Of a stretch of 64,000 bases of DNA, positions 1 to 11,560 are shown piece by piece (position 1 is the stretch's first letter; each line of letters starts with the position of its first letter). The notes under the pieces were generated by a model that saw only the letters and a program-made list of their open reading frames with translations, searched no databases and had not been told where the DNA came from. The position numbers were made by a program, and so were the translations under genes. The stretch is from Octopus vulgaris. Its lineage: Eukaryota. The stretch lies in the NCBI GenBank assembly GCA_951406725.2, contig OX597824.1, positions 61,566,001-61,630,000 on the forward strand, read 5' to 3'.

Positions 1-29
1 TCCTAAATTTCATAATTACGTAATTGGGA

Positions 30-215
30 TCTGTCTCGGCGATTTACCTACCCCCATGGATAATAACCCCCAAGGACAATTGCCCCTGAGGACAGCAGAT
101 GATGATTTAAAACTTCTTTGTATATTGGAGAGTTGGTAATTAACCAAGGTCGTAATTGTCCTAGGGAGAAGTTGTCGTAGGTAATTGTCGCATGAAGGAA
201 ATTGTCCTGATATGA
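30..215. mobile_element. Degenerate foldback MITE-like element with short inverted subterminal repeats
   Basis: GGACAATT at 74-81 faces AATTGTCC/AATTGTCG/AGTTGTCG copies at 154-207; CGATTTACCTA (40-50) faces TAGGTAATTG (178-187). Confidence 0.35.
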
Positions 216-449
216 ATTGCGATACATAATTAAAATTCATAATAAATCTAAAATCATAATACTTTGAGTGATTTGGGATACAAATAGCTTTCAATTAATT
301 TAAATAAATTTAATTCATTATATATCACAATTGCCTAATTATGGAATTTATTCTGGTTATTGCTAATGAAACAGATGTTGGATGTAATTGAATTGCGAAC
401 TATGTCTAAAATTTATGCTTTTCTGATTTTGAGTTCTTTCCATCTCTTG

Positions 450-565
<116 letters not shown>

Positions 566-829
566 GACTATATATTTAAATTACATTCATCAGTTTCTAT
601 GTATCGTTTAAAATTTTGCCATAGTGATAGTTTATTCTCCTCTCAGGTTTTAAGTCCCATGTACACATTATTTTAAACGTGTCACTTGTTTTGAGATGTT
701 AAAACTGCTTTTTATCTCGCAGAAGCCTTTAAAAGTAAAGAACCAGGGAAAATCTTGGTTTGATATGCGCTACTGTTCGCTTTCCCATAAATAAGTGCTT
801 TTACCTTCTAATATATTATTACAGGGAAG

Positions 830-1295
830 ATGTTAGTGGAATGTTTAGAGCGTTAGAAAATCTTTTCTGTTGTATTCATCGGCTTTTACTTTGTGTGATC
901 AAGTCCCTTTAAAGCAAATACCACTTTTCGTCTTTTTGCAGGGAACAAAATCAAATACCAGTTGTATCTAAACAAAAACAATTATTACAAGGACAACGAA
1001 TTGATGCAGTATCGGAAGAAATGTCTTATAGGTTTGCTTCCGGATTTTTTGCACTCTGAATTCAACCCTGACAAGACCAGCTTCGTCACTTATGATTTTG
1101 AGATCGCTAAAACAAAGTACCATCTAAGTACTAGAATCGATTGCATCTAAAGATTCCTTACTTTGTGTTTAAATTATAAACCAAACGCTGTGTGCTCAAA
1201 AAACGATTAATGCGTCGAGCAAAATGCCGAGGAGAATTTCTTCCGGGTGTTTACATTTCGAGTTGAAAATACGCTGAGTTTGACTTTCCGTCATC
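830..1295 (+). mobile_element. About three highly decayed head-to-tail copies of SINE family B
   Basis: Residual similarity to the better-preserved family-B copies at 34617 and 33540-33772 (GTTAG..CG..AAATG, GAGTTCAAA-like B box, GACTTT..TCATC, AAGTACCAG). Confidence 0.4.
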
Positions 1296-1960
1296 ATCAT
1301 CGTCATCGCCGTCGTCGTCATCATCATCGTCATCATACCGAGTTCGATCGAATATGTATCATCATATTTCCTCGCACTGAAATCCTAAAAATAACATTTT
1401 TTAATACTCTTCCAAACATTATTTTTATTCCCGTCTGGCTTCCTGGGTTAGAACGGAAATAATTTTCATTTTATACGTATTTGATGTTAAAATACGAGCG
1501 CAATGCAAGTGCAAGACATCAACCGTTCCAAACATGCATCCTAGAGTTTACAGAGAAAACTACTCTGTAACATTGTGATACTATATAGTATTACCTTTTA
1601 TTGACCAGTAGCAAGATGAACAAATCACGTACATATTTTAAACTGTAATGAAGTTATTTATAGCAAAAAGCTTGATTCCAGACAGTTTTTATAGAAAAAA
1701 TAATTTATGACAATAGTGGAACGTGACACTTAAGAATAACTATTAATTGTCATTGCCTGTGGGGGGAAATAACGTAGAAAATGGTAAAAACAGTTTCTTT
1801 AGAAGCATTAAAAACATGAAAGAAATTTAAAGTTATTCTCGTCATTGCTTTAATGGCAATATTATATCGGCGACAATGCTCTCTCACACACACACATATA
1901 TTCATTTACGCATACAAACAGATATACGTTTGTTTGAATGTATATATACATATATAGGCA

Positions 1961-2010
<50 letters not shown>

Positions 2011-2143
2011 TAGATAGATAGATAGATATATAGATATATATACATATATATATATATGCACGTATTTCTTTCTACATAGCTACATATATGTATATACATA
2101 TAGGTATGTGCATATATATACATAAACATATATACATACATAC

Positions 2144-2210
<67 letters not shown>

Positions 2211-3074
2211 CATACATGCATACATACAAAACCCACACACATATATATATATAACACTTTCACCAGTAAATTGGTATCACTTTCGGTTGCTTCATCCGAC
2301 GCTGAAACAATGTTGAAATTTATCCATGACAGCAATAAAATTATACAGGCAACGAGGTAATGTTTCTCAGAATTGCCGGTCAAGCGCCTGAATGGTGATG
2401 TTAAAAGCTTATGAGTTACTTGTCTTTTGGAAAAAAATGGCCTTTGATGTCAAATATCGAACAAAAAGGTAGCTGACTTTCAGGAAAAATATCTCAGCTA
2501 CAAAAAACAAAAAGGTATACAAACTATTATCCAAATATGATGCTAGCAGACAAGTTTCTCCGCCTAAATTTCCTAAAAGTAACTTGAGATTTTTGACATC
2601 TGTAATTGAAATGGGCATAGCAATCACCGCGGTCGTAATTAGCACGTATTACATAAGTGAGGGAGAATGTTTTCCGTGTATTGACATGTTCCATATATAG
2701 AAAGCTGTGTAGAATGGTATAGAAACGGCAGGATTTCAACAAATGGAATATTTTGTCCATGTCACGTCTTAGATTCCTTTACAAAGTTCACAGACTACAG
2801 AGCAACAGCGTTGATGTAAACATTTTGGTACCCTTCACGAAACATCATAATACAGGTAACCCCCTTCCAGTACTCAGCTGGGTTCCAGTCTTCCATGTGA
2901 TCAACTACAACTTTAATCGATAAGTTCTCCAGCATCGTTGATTTTTCCTAGTATATCAACCTGTTCCTGAAACAAAAGAAACCAAAATTGTCATATGTAA
3001 CCTAAACACCCTTATACATTTATATATATATATATATTCGAGAAATCGTTGAGAAGTTCGAATCATTGGGTAGC

Positions 3075-3237
3075 AGAAAATACATGGGGGGATCCGTTAT
3101 GATTTTATTGTAAATATTCCACTCTCAGATTCACACATTTATTGCAGCAGTCCATCCTTAAAAGGACTCGAAAAGTTATCCTCAAACCAGGTATTTGACG
3201 ATACCGTTAGGGCAAGGAATTTTTCATCACCTCCCGT
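3075..3237 (-). mobile_element. Decayed mariner-derived MITE
   Basis: Aligns by eye with 18671-18841 and 20451-20656 (TTCACACA..TTATTGCAGCAGTCC; terminal GGAA.TTTTCA.CACCTCC.CGTA). Confidence 0.65.
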
Positions 3238-3599
3238 ATGTGTGTGTGTGTGCGCGCACACGCGCGATCATGCATGGATGTGTATAGATATGTGAAGAGG
3301 GTCACCTGATGATTGGACCACACTCCTTCACATTAGGCAAGGTTTGAAATCTGGACAGAACAAAACGTTTCGTCCTTGAGGAACACACTATATTTCAAGT
3401 TTCTATACTCCACTCAACTGAAATTCACTACCAGATGGTTGCAAGTGCGACTCCCTCTTACTCCAGTTATAAAATACTTGCTTTTGTGAGTGGAATGGGT
3501 GTCTGCTTATGAAGTAATAAATAACTCGAACAATTAGCGAAGATGCAACGGACATCAGATCTTATTCGATTGTGAATGATGGCTAAGACATTACGTATG

Positions 3600-3662
<63 letters not shown>

Positions 3663-3665
<3 letters not shown>

Positions 3666-4266
3666 AATTAATATTAATTTTAATTTAATATTAAAATTAA
3701 TATTAATTTATCTCCCTCATTATTTAAATATTGAAATAAATACGTTCTCTAGTAGCAAGCACTAACCGCAGTGAATTATTTACTGCAGTTCTTCGCTTCA
3801 GGAATTTTTTAGCGCGCCAGAACTAAGTCATTTGAAATTTTTATCCCTAATGTAATCGGTAAAACTAAACACGTGTCTGTTTTGGCACAGAAAGCTGGGG
3901 TTTTTTTTCAGATTGCATTTACTCTGAACGATTGCACTGATGAAGCCACGGACATTTGAATTATGTAAGTAATACTTTTGTTAAAGGCCGAAACCGAGGT
4001 ATGTAATTAATTCTGTTTTTATATAAACTTTCATCTGTCCTGCCCGCCAAATTTGGTTCTGGTGTTCGCTGAATTTTTCCTCTAGAGAACTTTCTTTGTA
4101 GTTTGATCGTTGATGATCTATTTCTAGCATGCGGCAGACTACCTAGCAGTCTTGCACTGTAAATATACACATGTATTAGAATTTTCTCTGATTTTTCAGA
4201 TTTTTTGTATGCTAGACTACTGGTTTTAAATTTGATATTAAAAATAATATCAATTTATCTCCTTCA

Positions 4267-4273
<7 letters not shown>
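3663..4273 (+). mobile_element. Non-coding hammerhead-bearing repeat (Penelope pseudo-LTR or retrozyme-like) inserted in (TA)n
   Basis: About 45-bp direct terminal repeat (3682-3726 and 4229-4273); 19-bp perfect inverted repeat at the 5' end (3666-3684 / 3690-3708); (TA)n on both sides; internal hammerhead fold. Confidence 0.6.
3930..4008 (+). ncRNA. Type-I hammerhead ribozyme motif
   Basis: Stem I GAUUGCA/UGUAAUU (7 bp, 2 G-U); CUGAUGA at 3937-3943; stem II GCC/GGC with a long loop; GAAA at 3990-3993; stem III ACC-GA-GGU; cleavage triplet GUA ending at 4001. Confidence 0.65.
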
Positions 4274-4310
<37 letters not shown>

Positions 4311-4759
4311 TATATATAGTTGCATTGAGAACCACTTCCCATCGCCAACCGGGGGTTGTCACACGCTGATAACGGGTCAATACCAAGACACTCGGGTCGT
4401 GTGTGTATCAAGTCAGACTGGAGATGGAAAAGATGACTTCCCTTTGCAAATACTAATACAGAACTGCTAGTGTCTTCCTGGGTCTGCGAGCTACAGTAGC
4501 ATCGATCCGTAAGGGTTAACCACATTTAGGTGGCAAATATACATCACGATATATATATATATACATTCATACATATATATACATATACATATATATAAGT
4601 ATATATACATGTATATATATATATTTATGTGTATATGCACACATACATACACACACACACACATATATATATATATGTATATATGCATATGCATAACAAT
4701 ACACATACATACATGTATGCGCTCATACACATACACATATATATTTATCAACATGATCA

Positions 4760-4970
4760 AAGGCCCTTTCCGAGCTATAGGCTCCTAAGGTCGTTTTCGC
4801 GTGTTCTGTGACGTATATATTCCCATGTGGATGTGAAACCGATCTGTCGAAGGATTATTCATTTTGCAGGCATAAGGAAAAGAAGTGTTTTGCTCAAGAA
4901 CACAACGCATCGCCTGATTCAGGAATCGAAACCGCAATCATAAGATCAGGTGTGCGATACAGTAACTCAC
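4760..4970 (-). mobile_element. Decayed tRNA-derived SINE family C (CORE-like segment)
   Basis: Minus strand has B-box-like GGTTTCGATTCC then GTGTTCTTGAGCAAAACACTT; relatives at 7600-7760, 20670-20875 and 30570-30720. Confidence 0.55.
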
Positions 4971-5019
4971 ATAACTACACACACACACACACATACACTC
5001 ACACACACACACACGCACG

Positions 5020-5059
<40 letters not shown>

Positions 5060-5578
5060 AATGTGTATAGCTAAATCTTAAGACATCGTATGACTAATGA
5101 CAAACTTTAATGTGAGATGTTTCTGACAATTGCCAAGGGGTATATTTTCAGTTCTACGGTTATAGGAAACCGATTCTCTGTCTGATACAACATATCAAAA
5201 TGCTGTTTTCGAAATTTAATACCATTCACTATTATAATGAAAAGAGTATGTAAAATCTGATGCCAAAATCGAGCATTTTCCAAAAATAGGACAAAAATGG
5301 GATTTTGTAATAGTCAATATTATACAACATAGAGTGGATATTCGTATGAATATTCGCAAATTTGAGGCATAAAATATTTATGTCTTTGTTTATCACCGAG
5401 GGTGTTATCATATTTACATAGTATATATATTTTACCTTCACCAAAAAGCTTATCTAAAATACATGCATACCCAAAGAGATGCAAATATGGGATGATTCAG
5501 TCGTATGTATGTTCACGATACATACAGACATATATAGCTATATGTATATCTATAGATATATATATACATACATACATG

Positions 5579-5619
<41 letters not shown>

Positions 5620-5631
5620 CTATATATACAT

Positions 5632-5687
<56 letters not shown>

Positions 5688-5847
5688 TCATATATATTTG
5701 TTCAGGTCCATTAAACTATTGGTTTCTGTTGCATTACTAGTTTGTTTATTTCAAAATGTTGAAATATTTTTATCTTCATATTCCAATAAACATAAAATGT
5801 AGTTATATCTATCATTCTTTGGCAACATAAATTTCTTCTTATATACT

Positions 5848-5881
<34 letters not shown>

Positions 5882-5915
5882 AGCACATATAATCATATCA
5901 CTGCTATTATGTTGA

Positions 5916-6223
5916 ACTGTCGTATGTCCAAATTCGGCCAAGAGCGTTTTTTTTTCAAAATTTAATTTTGCTTGCAAGAACCGATTCTTTTGGTCAAACT
6001 ATCGTATCTCCAGCTGCTTCAGATGAAAATTGCCAAAGTGTAGTGAAACACTTTCGCATTTTTCAAAAGTTTGGCGAGACCCACATACGACAGCTTTGTA
6101 AAAACATTTCTGAATGAAAATATCATACATGCATGGAATTACAATCTTACGCACCCAGCAACGTATTGTTGCTAAGCTGAAACTGTTGCTAACGTAAAAG
6201 CAACAGTTTGGACTTACGACACT
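5916..6223. mobile_element. Candidate MITE with 17-bp terminal inverted repeats
   Basis: ACTGTCGTATGTCCAAA (5916-5932) versus TTTGGACTTACGACACT (6207-6223), 2 mismatches; internal partial repeat CATACGACAG near 6083; 11-bp hairpin at 6180-6209. Confidence 0.4.
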
Positions 6224-6499
6224 TTTGCATAGTAGCAACAATACACACGCGCGAACACACACACACACACATATATATATATGCTAGTTCTAAAATTTCT
6301 CTAAGCGATCAACGCAGTAGTTCTACTGAGAAGTAGTATTTATACCCACTTTATCATGGCTGTCCGTTGTTCGAGCGGACTCTACCGTGATGTTTTAACC
6401 CCAAGCGGAAACCTCCACTAGTTGGTCAACGATGCTCGGCTGATTCCTATAAAATTGCGAGCAAGGTACCGAACCCCTATCATCTCATGGCAACGGAAC

Positions 6500-6548
6500 C
6501 GCTAGACCAGTCATTGTTTCGGGTTATTTCTGCCACTCCTCAGTACTG
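6500..6548 (-). ncRNA. Hammerhead motif, left-arm copy with eroded stem I
   Basis: Minus strand reads CAGUA-CUGAGGA-GUGGCAGAAAUAACCC-GAAAC-AAUGACUG-GUC-UAGCG. Confidence 0.45.
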
Positions 6549-6736
6549 CACACTTCGTCTGCTAGAGATGATAGCAGCTCGCTTCTGCACGCAATATATA
6601 TATTTCGAGCGAACACACAGTCGCTGATTTTGCAACTAGCAAAAATGCTAGTTCTAATATTTCACTATTTGTTCGCTTCAAATATACATATTGTGTGCAG
6701 AAATGAGTTGCTATCATCTCTGTCAGATGAGATGTG

Positions 6737-6785
6737 CAGTACTGAAGAGTGGCAGAAATAACCCGAAACAAGAACCGGTCTACTG
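6737..6785 (+). ncRNA. Type-I hammerhead ribozyme motif, right arm of the palindrome
   Basis: Stem I CAGUA/UACUG (5 bp perfect); CUGAAGA at 6742-6748; weak stem II G(U)GG/CCC; GAAAC at 6765-6769; GUC at 6778-6780. Confidence 0.6.
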
Positions 6786-6989
6786 GCTCCGTCGCTAGGA
6801 GATGGTAGGGGTTTGCTCCCCTGCTCGCAACTTTATCAGATGTAGCTGCGCATCGTTAACCAGCCTGAACAGATGTCCTCTTGGGGTTAAAAATCGCAGT
6901 AGAGTCCGTTCGAAAGGACAGCTAAGTTAAAGTGATTAAGAGTATTACTTGTCAGTACAACTACTGCGTTGATCTCTCAGAGATTATAT

Positions 6990-7605
6990 GCGTGAAATTT
7001 ACAGTCAATTGCAGACTGGGAAAAGCCTTCAGCACAAAGAAAAAGATATAATGATGGCGTAAAAACAACCTTAAAAATTTTCAGCTTGAAGATCAGAACT
7101 GGGGAGTGCTTGCTTTAAAGAGGCGAAAATGGAGAGAATATGTAAAGGAAGGCTGCAGAATGCTTGACGAGAGACGTCTTGATCATGAAAATCTTAAAGG
7201 CCTGCTTCGAAAAGGCCACATTATGACCATCAATAACAACGCAGTGAGCTGGATTTGTGAGGTGTGTGGTCGTTTACTGCTCTCTAATCTGGGAACATTA
7301 CTTAATAAAAATCACATAAAAGCCAATTATATGCAGCTGTCTCCCTCCAATGCTAGGTGAGACGTGTTGTGTGCAATAGCTAGTCTTAAAAGGCATATGA
7401 GGGTACATAAGAATGACATCCCACAAGTAAACCTAGTAAATCAAATAAACGGCACATCTCTTGTCTGTCAAGTTTGCTGCAGATCGTGCAAATCTAATGC
7501 TGGACTTAAAAGCCACCTAGGGGGTCCAGGACGGACGTTTGGAGCTGATGATGGTTAATGGGGGTACATGGGGAGACGGCAATCATCTGCAAAGATGAAT
7601 CAATC
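6990..7605 (+). mobile_element. 3' fragment of an RTE-clade LINE with C-terminal zinc-finger-like repeats (frameshifted)
   Basis: Reads YSQLQTGK..KRYND..W.VLALKRRKWREYVKEG (RTE C-terminal pattern), then CEVCGR, LKRHMRVH and CQVCCRSCKSNAGLKSH. Confidence 0.7.
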
Positions 7606-7757
7606 ACCAGGAACTTGTGGTGAAAGAGTACAGTCGGAGTCTCGTGGAGCTTTTAGGAGTTTTCGCTCAAAGAACACTCATAACGTCCAGTCTGAGATTC
7701 GAAGCCTTAATCCTACGACCGCGAGTCCACTGCCCTAGCCACTGGGCCACTGCACCT

Positions 7758-7760
<3 letters not shown>
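7600..7760 (-). mobile_element. SINE family C, tRNA-like head
   Basis: Minus strand GGAGGTGCAGTGGCCCAGTGG (A box) ... GGCTTCGAATCTC (B-box-like) ... GTGTTCTTTGAGCGAAA. Confidence 0.6.
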
Positions 7761-7811
<51 letters not shown>

Positions 7812-8043
7812 GTATGTATGTGTGTATCTTTGTATGTGATTTTGGGGACCAATGGGTATATGTCAATTACTGTGTTGAGTAAATCACGTTCATAATTTGG
7901 GCTACCTAATGTCATTCACGGTGGGTGTATATTTTCGCTGGATCAACTTCAGGAATTCCGCAGTTTTAATAGAGAAAATAATAATTGTTTAAAGAATCGA
8001 AAGATATATTTGGCAGTAGTCTTTATTTAATGGATTATTGTTG

Positions 8044-8115
<72 letters not shown>

Positions 8116-8237
8116 CACTCATATATTTACCTATCTATCTATCTATCTCTATATAAGTGTGTGTGTGTGTGTCTGTGTGTGTGTATATATGTATATATAT
8201 ATATATATGTACGTATACAAGAGTAAATATGTGTGTA

Positions 8238-8284
<47 letters not shown>

Positions 8285-9052
8285 GTATGTGTGTATGTGT
8301 ATGGTGTGGTATTTTTATGTGTATATTTTATGCGCTCACATTTACGTGCAAGCTTCCGTCTGTTCTTCTGCAGAGATCTTTTTCTATATGAATATAATCA
8401 AACAATGATCTCCCCTAAGGCAACAAATTGTAGAGTACATTTTGTTTTCGTGTAGCAAATAGTTCAGAACGGTATATGGTTTTTCTACAGTTGTTTTATT
8501 TCTCCTGATTGATGAAATTCGGTGATGCAGATGGACATTTATACTTCGTGTTTAACTTCTATGTATATCAGATTCCGTTCTTTGTCAAAGATGCTTTTCA
8601 GATATATAAGACTAAACATGAAAAAGATCATACAAAAGAAAAAAAATGTATGTGTAAGATATAAGGATGATCTCAATATTGATACTGGATTTTTAGTGTA
8701 CTTCTTATTTTCAAATCTAACCTTATTTTACTATTATTTTTGCGACTATTTATTTCTTCCGTTAAGCGTATATGTAGGTAGGTAAATAGGTGCTTGCGTA
8801 TTTGCTAGATCAATATCATACAGAACTTTTGTTCGCGCGGGCGCGTCTGGTTCTGCATCTGCATGTTAGGCACGCATTCATTAGTTTGTTTGCATATATG
8901 CGTCTAGAAAGTGCATACACACAAGAAGGAACATGTGAGATGGATTTACATGTCGACCTGTGATTCTAAATATGAACATGTGCGCGATCCATACATTGTA
9001 TTAGTATTAGTGGATATTTGTGTTTACATACACACATACATATATACATATA

Positions 9053-9136
<84 letters not shown>

Positions 9137-9364
9137 TCAATGATCGCGTCGTATTAACAATCATGCAATAGTTCTTCTGACGGATAGCTGCGGGTACGAT
9201 TCCTTTGAATATGAATGTAACCAAAAGTGTAGATTTCAAACAATTATTAGGAATAGGAAGACTGGAATATCATCAAATCTTTATTTTAATATTATTGTTG
9301 GCCATACCGCATAATTATTGGGTTATAATGAGAGGCACGTATTTCTGTTGTACATAGTATGTGC

Positions 9365-9513
9365 AATTGTACATGCAATCCAGCATAATCCTCTGTGCAC
9401 CTTTATTCAGGGTCCTTCAATTAAAGGAATTCACCCTGTTTGCTTCGAGCCACACTTGCTGCAGGAACCTGAATGAAGGTACACAGATTATGCTGAGTTG
9501 CTTGTCTATAATT
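9365..9513. repeat. Inverted repeat, ~50-bp arms and ~45-bp spacer
   Basis: GCAATCCAGCATAATC..TGTGCACCTTTATTCAGGGTCCT versus AGGAACCTGAATGAAGGTACACAGATTATGCTGAGTTGC. Confidence 0.75.
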
Positions 9514-10046
9514 TAATGCAACCAAACTGGCGCATAATGGGAAAATACTCTGAAAGTAAGAACCCATGAATGTGAATAAAAACGGAATAAAACAAGTTTC
9601 ACAGAAATCGGAACACGGATCCCCGAGATACGCTGTTTGTTTGGGTACCTACATAAATAGCTAAAAAGGACACATAATGGGAAAATACTCCGAAAGTAAT
9701 CTAACCCTGAAGTGGAAACATATAATACTGCGAAAATTGTTTCCATCAATTTTATGTTTACGTTGTATAACAATTTCTTTTGCACTTTTGTAGAAGTGTG
9801 CATATATGCTATAAATAAATGCTGTTACTGGAGTTCAAGTTAATCCTGGAAGTTCTAATTCTATAAGACGTTGTAAATAATCAATAAAACCTCAAACATG
9901 TACTTGTAAACCAGACCAATGATGAAAAGAACGAATTGAAATATTTAACCGAATTATCATAAAATTGACCTTCATTTGAATGCAATGTTGAAATCAGTTT
10001 CAATGATTTCTAACGTGAACCGTCAGTGACCCAATATATATATATA

Positions 10047-10433
10047 CTAGCAGTATCGCCCGGCGTTGCTCAGGTTTGTAAGGGAAATAACTATAAAGCA
10101 TTTTTAGAGAGTTATAGCCAAAAAATAGCAAAAAAATGGAAAAAAAATGATGGTAAATTTTTTTTTGAGAGTAAAAAAAGGTTGAGTTGCGTCCCCTAGA
10201 CAGTCTGTGGTTTGTTTCTTTTGATTCTGGACCCCATGTCGAATTTATCGATTTTTTTCAGAACTGGGGGAACTTTTCAAAATTTTCGCTGCGTTAGTTT
10301 TGAATTATGACATTGGGCTATGTGTGTGTCAAGTTTCATCAGAATCGGTTGAAAGCCGTGGTCAGGGTGAGGGTACGAGAAAACAGACACACAGAAACAC
10401 GCACAGACAAACTGCCGTTTATATAGAGAGAGA
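10047..10433 (-). mobile_element. Non-autonomous Helitron
   Basis: Minus strand has A|TC...CTAG|T termini and a subterminal GC hairpin (CCTGAGCAACGCCGGG); no TSD; sits in a TA tract; 3' part shared with 62489-62783. Confidence 0.85.
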
Positions 10434-10449
10434 TATATATGAGTCATAT

Positions 10450-11520
10450 ATACTTGAGAGACGTCCCTCAAGTATCACCGGATACCTGCAGTCAGCCATT
10501 TAAAAAAATTCTCGAAAAACCAGATCTGTTACGGCCGATGGGGTCCACAGTGTCAAAATCGCTTTTGACCCTTCCCAATCGACCGCCGGCGATACCCTTA
10601 CATTTAAGAGCCTGGGACCACCATCCCCCATTCCCCGTCGGATGGTATCTTCAATCCAATCCACCACAGTGCCTGGGGGTAACGCAGTACGACGGGAGGA
10701 ACAGAATTTCGTTGCCCTCCAAGGGCTGGCTCGCGAAATTGCGAGCCTCATACGAGGTGTCAAACAGCAACCATACGGTTGCATGCGTATTTCACAGAGG
10801 ACAAATAGTCTGTCAGTTCTTTTTCTATAGTTGGTTTTGCGAAGACGGTGATGGTATGAAGAACATTAGAGTAATTTCTAACCACTACCGTCCTCTTCTC
10901 CATATCTTTTAACCACTGCTTGGGTGGGATAATTTCTCACTCCAAGACAGGGTTCTTCTTTTTAAGTTCCTTCTCTACCATATCCGAAAAAAAACCCAGT
11001 TCAAAAGCAGTTCATAAAAACAGTCCACCACCAAAAAATTAAAACCGATTAAAAATAGAAGAAAAACAAAATAAAAGTGAAGGAAAAGAAACTGAAATTA
11101 AAATAATGAGACAAAGAATGAACCGAAATTTAGAAAAAAAGAAAAAAATGGAAAAAGGGAAAAATGAAAATAAAACTTCACAAATAGAACAGACAGGGAA
11201 TCCTTTTGTATAATACTCCAATAGGAAAATCCAATAGTCAGGGTTCTTCTTGATAGAACTCCAGTTAGGTAAACTCCACTTTTTCTTGCGAAATACGCCC
11301 ACCAGAATGTACAAGTTATTTGGCGAAAAAAAGCCACACATAATTTTACTCCAAAGAAGTTTTCCAAAAATTTCTCAGTCCACCGTTATGGCGACGAGAA
11401 CTCAATATTTTTGCTTGCTAGAGCGAGCTACAACTGTAGTTGTACTTCAATTTTTCAGTATTTCACGTCGAACGACGTGACTTTCAATCAGCTTGAAAAA
11501 CGCGGACTCTTCTGTACTGA
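10450..11520 (-). mobile_element. 5' part (leader and decayed ORF1) of a probable Tx1/L1-like LINE
   Basis: GC-richer broken ORF on the minus strand (MEKRTVVVRNYS...LFLPSYC..LPPGTVVDWIEDTI) behind a T-rich leader; loosely resembles the ORF1-like region at 48200-48720. Confidence 0.45.
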
Positions 11521-11524
11521 TGTA

Positions 11525-11559
11525 AGCAAGCTACTTACCACACAGCCACTCCTACGCCT
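11525..11559 (-). mobile_element. Isolated head fragment of SINE family A
   Basis: AGCAAGCTACTTACCACACAGCCACTCCT.CGCC matches 19937-19970. Confidence 0.75.
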
Positions 11560-11560
11560 A

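Larger units (their letters stand above)
6297..6985. repeat. About 690-bp imperfect palindrome (two inverted ~340-bp units), each arm with a hammerhead core
   Basis: Arms align along their length around the centre AACTAGC-AAAAAT-GCTAGTT (6634-6653), e.g. GATCAACGCAGTAGTT versus AACTACTGCGTTGATC. Confidence 0.9.

Noticed and set aside
2072-2383. Minus-strand ORF with a signal-peptide-like start ([13 protein letters not shown])
   Set aside because: Non-ATG start, runs into a TA tract after about 44 codons, and has no convincing splice donor or homology.
2790-2990. Minus-strand splice-acceptor-like site (TTTCTTTTGTTTCAG) near 2967
   Set aside because: All frames stop within 18 codons and no partner exon was found. 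A UTR or lncRNA exon cannot be excluded without RNA-seq.
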